Assembly: GCF_046119375.1 (NCBI RefSeq)
Contig: NW_027362762.1
Coordinates: forward strand, 188,046,001-188,110,000
Length of the DNA: 64,000 bases
Direction: 5' to 3'
Source of the DNA: Phyllobates terribilis
Lineage: Eukaryota
This document shows, piece after piece, positions 58,301 through 64,000 of this stretch. The notes under the pieces were generated by a model, which did not search any database, was not told the origin of the DNA, and worked only from the letters and a program-made list of their open reading frames with translations. The number at the start of each line of letters is the position of its first letter. Positions within the stretch are counted from its first letter, which is position 1. The position numbers and the translations under genes were made by a program.

Positions 58301-61300
58301 TAGAAGTTCGAGCTGCGTCCCCCCCCCCCCGTCAGTTCTCCCATTGAGTTAACCGTTAAGATGCTGGTATCATAGTACATTAGAGGCTGATATAACATAA
58401 GAAGGTTGGAGTCTGCTTATAGGAAAACATTTAACAGTGGAACACTCCGAAAAATGGCGAAAAAGATTGACGCTCATGATCAGTGTCGGACTGCAGTGCC
58501 AACGGCCCACCAGTAACCAACTCCAGAGCTCCACTTTTCAGCTACATGCAAATGTGACGTTATCCTCAATCACAAATTTATATAACAATGATCTGGGCAG
58601 ATTGTTAAATGAATAAGATGCTGCCTTTGTCTGTACATAGTCATTATGTATATAGTGCCAAGTACTGCTCATATAAGAGGGTGGTGGCCCACCGGAGGAT
58701 TCTCCTGTTCTCCTGTGGGCCAGTCCAAACCTGCTCATGACTTACATCTTTATCAATTGGCACACCACCAGTGTAAGGGTAATTCTACAAAGGTCGGAAC
58801 AACTGGGGATAATTTCTGAAGCATGTGGACGGGATTCATCACAATCTCATCCATTTGCCTGCTACTATATTCTTTTATGGATTTTTTTCCAGGTCAAATC
58901 AGCAAGAAAATTTTGCATCATTTTGATGAATTTACCATTAGAGAATGTTTGGTAGAGCATAGTACTTATTGCAAGGTTCTGAACGTCCCATGGCCGGGTA
59001 CACAAAACTGCAGGAAGGTGGAGATCTTGATCAGGTGGAGGCCACAGACAGCATGAGGTGCACATGACTACGTAGAGAACAGGTCCGATGTGCTCACGGC
59101 CAAGTGACGGTCTTCTCCATGCAGGACTTGCCTGAGAGCACAGGGTTTCTTATTTCGCTAAAGGAAACCACAACATAACAATCTGTATCATTGTGCTGTG
59201 AAATAAAGATGTCAGATCTTCAGCTTCCTGCGTTAATCAAGGATTGTAAAGGGTGCAGGAGCCCCAGGGCTGTAGGATGGGCCAAGCCCACTATCCAGAG
59301 AGCTGTCTGTGTGCGGCTTATGATGTCGGTTTAAAAATAAAATAACACAACACTGGCAGCTTGTGAATGAAAACAGGTTCAGCCAATTCTAGTTTTTGCC
59401 TGAGCTTGTGCGCTTGGCAAGGGGGGAGTGAGGGGACTAGGAAGGAGCACAGACTGATTCGTGACCAAAAATAAGGGTTGTATGGGAGGGCTCAGTGTCT
59501 CTGTATGTTAGCGTATACAAGATGTATATCTGTGCATGTGCAACTATATTCTACCGAGGCTATATATATGTATAATGTCTGTGTGTGTGACTATACTCCA
59601 CCAAGGCTATATGAGAATATATAATATATATATACAGTCATGGCCGAAAGTGTTGACACCCTTGAAATTGTTCCAGAATTGAGGTATTTCTCCCAGAAAA
59701 TTATTGCAATTACTCATGTTTTGTTATACACATGTTTATTTCCTTTGTGTGTATTGGAACAACACAAAAAAACTGATAAAAAAAAAAGCAAATTGGACAT
59801 AATTTGTCACAAAACCCCAGAAATGGGCTTGACAAAATTGTTGGCATCTTACCAAAATTGTAGGTAAACAACTTTGTTTCAAGCATGTGATGCTTGTTCA
59901 AACTCACCTGTGGCAAGTAAGAGGTGTGAGCAGTATGAAAATCACACCTGAAACCAGATAAAAAAAAGGGAGAAGTTGACTCGACCTTTGCATTGTGTGT
60001 CTGTGTGTGCCACACTGAGCATTGAGAACAGAAAGAGGAGAAGAGAACTGGCTGAGGACTTGAGAACCAAAACTGTTAAAAAACATCAACAATCTCAAGG
60101 TTACAAGTCCATCTCCAGAGAACTTCATGTTGCTTTGTCCCTTGTGAGCAACATAATCAAGAAGTTTACAATCCATGGCACTGTAGCTAATCTCCCTAGA
60201 CATTGACGACAGAGAAAAATTGATGAAAGGCTGCAACGCAGAATAGTCCAGATGGTGGATAAGCAACCCCAATCAAGTTCCAAAGAAATTCAAGCTGTCC
60301 TGCAGGCTCAGGGTGAATCAGTGTCGGCGCAAACTATTAGTCGACACGTGAGTTAAATAAAACGCTATGGCAGGAGACCCAGGAGGACCCCACTGCTGAC
60401 ACAGACATAAAAAAGCTAGAATGCAGTTTGCCAAAATGTACGTGAGTAAGCCAAAATCCTTCTGGGAAAGTGTCTTGTGGACAGATGAGACCAAGATAGA
60501 GCTTTTTGGTAAAGCACATCATACTACTGTTTACTGAAAACTAAATGAGGCCTCCAAAGAAAAGAACACAGTACTTAAAGTCAAATATGGTGGAGGTTCA
60601 AAGATGTTTTGGAGCTGTTTTGGGGTTGTTTTGCTGAGTCTGGCACTGGGTGCCTTAACTATTTGCAAGGCATCATGAAATCCTTACCAAAGGATTTTGG
60701 GTCGCAGTGTAGTACCCAGTGTCAGAAAGCTGGGTTTGTGTCCTAGGTCATGGGTCTTCCAGCAGGACAATGACACCAAACATACTTCAAGAAACTTCCA
60801 GAAATGGATGGAAACAAAGCCCTGGAGGGTCTGAAGTGGCCAGCAATTAGTCTGGATCTAAATCCCATTGAACACCTGTGGAGAGTACTTAAAATTGGTG
60901 TTGGGAGAAGGAACCCTTCAAATATGAGAGACCTGGAGCAGATTGCAAAGGAAGAGTGGTCCAAAATTCTAGTTGAGAGATGTAAGAAGCTTGTGGATGG
61001 TTATAGGAAGGGATTGATTGCAGTTATTTATTCCAAAGGGTTTGCAACCAAATATTAAGTTGAGGGTGTCAACCATTTTGTCCGGCCCATTTTTGGGGGT
61101 TTGTGTGAAATTATGTCCAGTTTGTTAGGTTTTTTGTGTTGTCCCAATACACACAAAGGAAATAAACATGTGTATAACAAAATATGTAATTGCAATAATT
61201 TTCTGAGAGAAATACTTAATTTTCTGGAACAATTTCAAGGGTGTCAACACTTTCGGCCATGACTGTATACACATACATACACACACAGATACGTAAAAGA

Positions 61301-63213
61301 TGTTGTGTAGACACATCCTTACAGTTCTAATATCGTATACATGCTGTAAAATTTCTTCAGGACATTAATTTAGGTTCTTTCAGATTCCAGACTTTCAGAT
61401 GATCATATAGCAGTGTTAAAAATCCTTTAAGAATAATAACCACCCCAAAAAAATGATTTTTAATCTTTCTGAATAATACAAAGCAGGATTAAAGCAAATG
61501 GATGTATTGTTAAAATAAACAGTTGTGCCACAGAGCTACTTACGTCAATGAACCTGAACTAGTGGAGGCCGTACACTTTCAATAGCTGGTGGCCTAACAG
61601 GCTCAATCGATTGGTGACAGCTATTCCTCCTGAATTCCTCACCATACACATTTACACTTCTAGAGAGGTTTTTCTTCGATATGACCACATAAATAGGGCA
61701 TGTTCTAACCTACCCAATACTTCCTTCTTCCCACCACATTTTCCATAGTGGGAGAATGGGGACACTCCTATACACACATGAGGGTCTATACACAAAATTT
61801 TATTACTATGGAAAAATGTTGTAACACAACCAGTAAGCTGGGAATTCACACTCGAAAAATTTGTTACAGAAATTTCGGCGACTGAAAATCATCTATTCAC
61901 CTAAATGGTGGTTGCAAAAATCTATGTTTGAAATGTCTAAGCATTCATAGAGCTATTCCATTTATTCTCTATGGGACTGATGGTTGATGGCCTTGATCCG
62001 AACTCAGCTGTCTTCAGCAGTGCCGTACAGAATGAATAGAGGAGCAATGTGCATTCTTCATTGGCGCGCTATTAAAATGGGAGACAGATGTCCCCATTCT
62101 GGCAATCTACGTGGGTCTCAGTGGTCGGACCCCCATGATCTAGTAGTTCTCACCAATCCTTTGGATTAATACTTTCTTGAATACCACTTTTATAATCATT
62201 TACACAATTCACAGCTTAGTAAAATTATTGTATCTGATTTTCCAAAGTTTTCCATCCTATGAACAATCAAATATAATGTGTCCAATCAGCAAAAATAAGT
62301 CTACCACTAAGAAATGAATCAATATGACTTTGAGAACCACAACTAAATAAATTATTAACCACAAACTTGTTATAGGGCAAAATGAGTCAATTATGGAGGA
62401 AAGCTCAGTGCAGAGCTGTCCATTTCCAGAAATCACACGATATAGCGGCAAAAATGTCAGTCTGGAAACACTGCCCATAAAGTGCTAACATGTCGGTCAT
62501 TAAAAGTCGTTCACCAGTCACCAGCCTTCTCCTTTCCATCTCTAGCACGTCATTTTACAAAAAGGAAGTCCTGGATTGATGGTAGTCTGTGGCCATCACT
62601 ACAAGAGTCCCACAAACCTCCTCCTACATGCATGCCCAGCTCATCTTCAGATTAGTAGGCCTGATGCTATGTCATGAGTGCGACTGTTAAGAACTGATCT
62701 GGGTTGGAGTATTGATATTGCAACCACTAGGAGCAGCACCGGTAGGTAGCGTAGTCAGGTAAGCCAGGAATCGGTACAAAAGAAAGCAGTATAATCTTGT
62801 ATGAAACAGCAGGAGAAGCGCAAGCTTGACTAGAGGCTAGGAGCTCAATAATCTCACAAGGAGGAGGTGCCAGGCCCGGTTTAAATAGGGTGTGCAATCA
62901 CACATATATTGTGTGCTATGTAACATGATGTTGCCATCAGAAGATAGATAAATTGGCTATAAAGGTCTGCACATGTTCAGGTAGGTTTTACAAAAGAATG
63001 CTCAGTTGGTAATGATGGGTCTAATGCGAACTGACAAAATACGGTAATAACCCGAAAAGTGTACAACCAACACAAATCTTAAGCATTGCTACCAGATATA
63101 ATGGATCCATGAGCCTTTACATTCTGAGCTTACCTGCTTTTCTTCTTATGAATCTGTGAGATAAATATGATGCCGTACTGGTCTCCATGCAGGGGCAGAG
63201 GATCCGTGCACAT
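19395..63213 (-). CDS. Putative unidentified multi-exon gene (candidate coding exons only)
   Basis: Small open exons with AG/GT borders and compatible phases in unique DNA: 63213-63134, 62461-62367, 59131-59098, 46766-46602, 31006-30865, 30772-30724, 24258-24219, 22573-22504, 20477-20431, 19479-19395. No homolog recognised; the chain is inferred. Confidence 0.35.
19868..20185. mobile_element. TTAA-target T2/Kolobok-type MITE
   Basis: TTAA-AGGGGTTGTC ... GACAACCCCT termini with internal hairpins. Confidence 0.8.
20611..20923. mobile_element. TTAA-target T2/Kolobok-type MITE
   Basis: AGGGGTTGTCCACTA ... TAGTGGACAACCCCT; relatives at about 1660-1900 and 53126-53400. Confidence 0.82.
21357..21640. 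mobile_element. hAT MITE (284 bp)
   Basis: TIR CAGGGCTGTGGAGTCGG / CCGACTCTACAGCCTTG; exact 8-bp TSD GTGATATT (21349-56, 21641-48). Confidence 0.92.
21645..22400 (-). mobile_element. L2/CR1-clade LINE reverse transcriptase fragment, split by a SINE
   Basis: Minus-strand pieces [35 protein letters not shown]. Confidence 0.75.
21752..21974 (+). mobile_element. tRNA-derived SINE with L2-type 3' tail
   Basis: A box CAGTGGTTAGC, B box GGTTCAAATCC; tail CTGTAAAGAGCTGTGGAATTAATGGCGCTATATAA resembles the L2 3' end at 25340-25380. Confidence 0.8.
22862..23240 (-). mobile_element. RTE-clade (BovB-like) LINE ORF C-terminal fragment
   Basis: [31 protein letters not shown], then in shifted frames [14 protein letters not shown] and FGHI; matches RTE C-terminal motifs. 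Confidence 0.8.
23399..23741. mobile_element. Tc1-derived MITE nested in a Harbinger-like MITE
   Basis: TIR CAGTGGG(G/C)AAAATAAGTATTTGATACACTG, TA TSDs. Confidence 0.88.
24497..25682. mobile_element. TTAA-target Kolobok/T2-type MITE carrying an L2 insertion
   Basis: TTAA-AGCGAACCTGTCA ... TGACAGGTT..TTAA with long inverted arms. Confidence 0.75.
24871..25388 (+). mobile_element. 5'-truncated L2 LINE 3' end
   Basis: [33 protein letters not shown]; 3' end TGTAAAGCTCTGCGGAATATGTTGGCACTATATAAATAAAG(ATT)n. Confidence 0.85.
25700..28270. mobile_element. Cluster of large palindromic MITEs (about 25700-26515, 26525-26865, 27070-28270)
   Basis: Inverted arms over 100 bp, e.g. GGACCTTGGGTATCCATGGTTATGACCA / TGGTCGTAACCATGGATACGTAAGGTCC. 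Confidence 0.7.
28531..30160 (+). mobile_element. Full-length DD38E (Intruder-like) Tc1/mariner transposon (1630 bp), transposase pseudogenised
   Basis: About 270-bp TIRs starting CAGTACAGACCAAAAGTTTGGACACACC, TA TSDs; ORF 28944-29997 with stops; second D site (29683, now AAC) to E (29800) spacing is 38. Confidence 0.92.
31120..31133 (-). promoter_or_regulatory. CTCF-like motif
   Basis: Minus strand CCACTAGGTGGCAG matches the CTCF core, in apparently unique DNA; motif match only. Confidence 0.45.
31696..31759. repeat. Perfect 32-bp tandem duplication
   Basis: GTCAACGCTCTTCACAGTCGTCGACTACTGAC x2. Confidence 0.95.
32271..33413. mobile_element. Non-autonomous piggyBac-like element (1143 bp), nested in another MITE (about 32003-33855)
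   Basis: TTAA TSDs (32267, 33414); TIR CCCCTTCA(C/T)GAC; no transposase. Confidence 0.9.
34100..34530 (-). mobile_element. Possible Penelope-like pseudo-LTR remnant
   Basis: AT-rich segment ending in CTGATGA..GAAACGC hammerhead-like motif on the minus strand; family assignment from recall only. Confidence 0.35.
35355..36153 (-). mobile_element. Solo LTR (799 bp), Gypsy-type
   Basis: TGTA..TACA termini; exact 4-bp TSD CATG (35351-54, 36154-57); orientation inferred. Confidence 0.85.
37055..37597. mobile_element. PIF/Harbinger-like MITE
   Basis: GGCTACGTTCCCACGATGAG ... CTCATCATGGGAACATAGCC with TCA/TTA flanks; a second MITE starts at 37601 on the shared TTA. Confidence 0.8.
39304..40412 (+). 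mobile_element. Internally deleted Tc1-like DD34E transposon
   Basis: About 200-bp TIRs CAGGTG(C/T)GTCTCACTAAATTAGAATATCATC, TA TSDs; [20 protein letters not shown] joined to [19 protein letters not shown]. Confidence 0.92.
40493..42000 (-). mobile_element. Tc1-like DD34E transposon (copy B, same family as 4051-6213)
   Basis: TIR CACTGCTCAAAAAA(A)TAAAGGGAACACT, TA TSDs; 223-aa DDE fragment 40751-41422; about 65-bp deletion relative to copy A. Confidence 0.94.
43434..43510. mobile_element. 77-bp retro-type insertion with 11-bp TSD inside a Kolobok-type MITE (about 42959-43600)
   Basis: Direct repeat AAAGATTACAC at 43423-33 and 43511-21; absent from the opposite arm of the host. Confidence 0.7.
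43615..44136. mobile_element. Composite PIF/Harbinger-like MITE
   Basis: xGCTACATTCCCAC ... GTGAACATAGCC with TTA flanks. Confidence 0.65.
44340..45050 (-). mobile_element. Old 5' half of an element related to the DD38E copy
   Basis: TIR end GGTGTCCAAACTTTTGTCCAGTACT; [26 protein letters not shown] corresponds to the TIR-embedded C-terminus; N-terminal similarity on the minus strand. Confidence 0.65.
45461..46490. mobile_element. hAT-type non-autonomous element with a 30-bp minisatellite (about 45650-45860)
   Basis: Degenerate TIR CATACCACCCAAC / GTTGAGAGCTAG; near-identical 8-bp TSD ATCTATAA/GTCTATAA; unit CAGACCCAATCCTGGCATGCATGGCCCCCT x about 7. Confidence 0.75.
49144..50886 (+). pseudogene. 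piggyBac (PGBD4/Uribo-like) transposase, 580 codons with one internal TGA
   Basis: DDD triad in [19 protein letters not shown]; the same frame continues after TGA 50596-98 into the Cys-rich domain CRVC..CETC..CLNEC, ending TAA 50884-86. Confidence 0.93.
51091..52115. repeat. Array of six alternately inverted monomers of about 185 bp inside the piggyBac
   Basis: Symmetry axes near 51195, 51377, 51562, 51748, 51934; core GGGTCTAGTTTCCAAAATGGGGTCACTTGTGG alternates with its reverse complement. Confidence 0.95.
53126..53400. mobile_element. TTAA-target T2-type MITE abutting the piggyBac
   Basis: AGAGGTTTTCCACTAC ... GTAGTGGACAACCCCT; TTAA at 53122 (shared) and 53401. Confidence 0.85.
53745..53900. 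repeat. 18-bp minisatellite CAGCCTCCCCTCCCTCAT within a probable hAT-type element (about 53610-54230)
   Basis: About 8 imperfect units; source of the SASPPS pseudo-ORFs. Confidence 0.8.
56749..57201. mobile_element. TTAA-target T2-type MITE
   Basis: AGGGGTTATCCAGGACTA ... TAGTCCTGGACAACCCCT-TTAA. Confidence 0.8.
59635..61265 (+). mobile_element. Full-length degenerate Tc1-like IR/DR transposon (1631 bp)
   Basis: About 210-bp TIRs CAGTCATGGCCGAAAGTGTTGACACCCTTGAAATTGTTCCAGAA, TA TSDs; multiply broken transposase ending SKGFATKY*; related to 6585-8211. Confidence 0.93.
62650..62990. mobile_element. Probable decayed Gypsy-type LTR fragment
   Basis: Motifs CAACCACTAGGAGCAGC, GCGTAGTCAGG and TTAAATAGG recalled from frog LTRs; termini not resolved. 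Confidence 0.35.
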
Positions 63214-64000
63214 GGCTTTCCATATTCATCAGGCTGAAATTAAGATTAATTACTAGAAAAAAAAATATTTTCTACTAAAAGTCTGCGATAAGATAATATA
63301 AGAACTGGAAATAATGTACTATATCTAACCCCAATCCAAACCTATTTTTTATCATTTTTCTCTGTATATCGGCTCCATTCCTCTAAATGCATATTACTAT
63401 TTATCCGCTGTATAAATGGACTGTTTAGCTTTGAAAATGTCCAAATGTTAATATTCTTGGCTTCTTTCCCTTGGTGTGATTGTAAGAAAATAATTACAGG
63501 TTCCTGATTAGGCTTAAATGCGTTTGGCAGATGAATGCTTGATCAGGATGTCTTTACCGGGACAAGCAATAAATCACAACATAAGAGACCTATACCTATT
63601 ATCTTCTATACTATACAGGCGGACATTGGTAGGCAGCTGGTCGTTTAGTGTTGCCTCTTGGATTTCAAGTCATACGAAATCCAGATGTTCCACCCAGATT
63701 TTATTGGTGATCATAGGACTTTGTGAGATATTGTCTTCAAACACATTTTCTTGTTATCAGACGAGTCACATTTCTCTTGCTATCTGTCATAATTTGGCAT
63801 CAGTCTGCCACTTCTGGGTTTTATTTGCTTTGAAAGACAGAAGTAATGAATAAGAAACGTTAGTTTCTGAATGTGTCCATATCATTAAAATCTACTTAAA
63901 GGGGATGTCCGGGACTTTTACATTGTTGGTCTATCCTTAGGATAGGTCAACAATATCTGATCGGTGGGAGATACCTGGCACTCGACTATCAGCTGTTCCA

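Noticed and set aside
63205-63233. Second hammerhead-like CTGATGA..GAAA on the minus strand
   Set aside because: No stems I-III; overlaps the candidate exon; chance match
18500-64000. BAZ2A, PTGES3 or RBMS2 exons expected from human synteny
   Set aside because: No translated segment matched what I recall of these proteins; not asserted

Overview
Eukaryotic vertebrate genomic DNA, almost certainly an anuran frog judging by its transposon families. It is not prokaryotic and has no CRISPR, rRNA or tRNA genes. The one securely identified protein-coding gene is the 10-exon nuclear ATP synthase F1 beta gene ATP5F1B (+, 12180-18338, 524 aa), whose introns 2, 4 and 7 each host a C/D-box SNORD59 snoRNA. 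The rest is a dense, often nested transposon landscape: Tc1/mariner elements of the DD34E, DD37E and DD38E classes, a 5.4-kb almost intact piggyBac, a Ty3/Gypsy 5' LTR plus gag start and a solo LTR, L2 and RTE LINE fragments, a tRNA-derived SINE, and many TTAA-, TA-, TWA- and 8-bp-TSD MITEs. The most interesting signals are: (i) a tRNA-independent self-priming PBS signature in the Gypsy element; (ii) a flip/flop fold-back palindrome array inside the piggyBac; (iii) a chain of small phase-compatible exons on the minus strand (about 19.4-63.2 kb), one with a U12-type donor, which may be an unidentified gene convergent with ATP5F1B; (iv) a third SNORD59 copy. All alignments were done by eye and no database searches were run.
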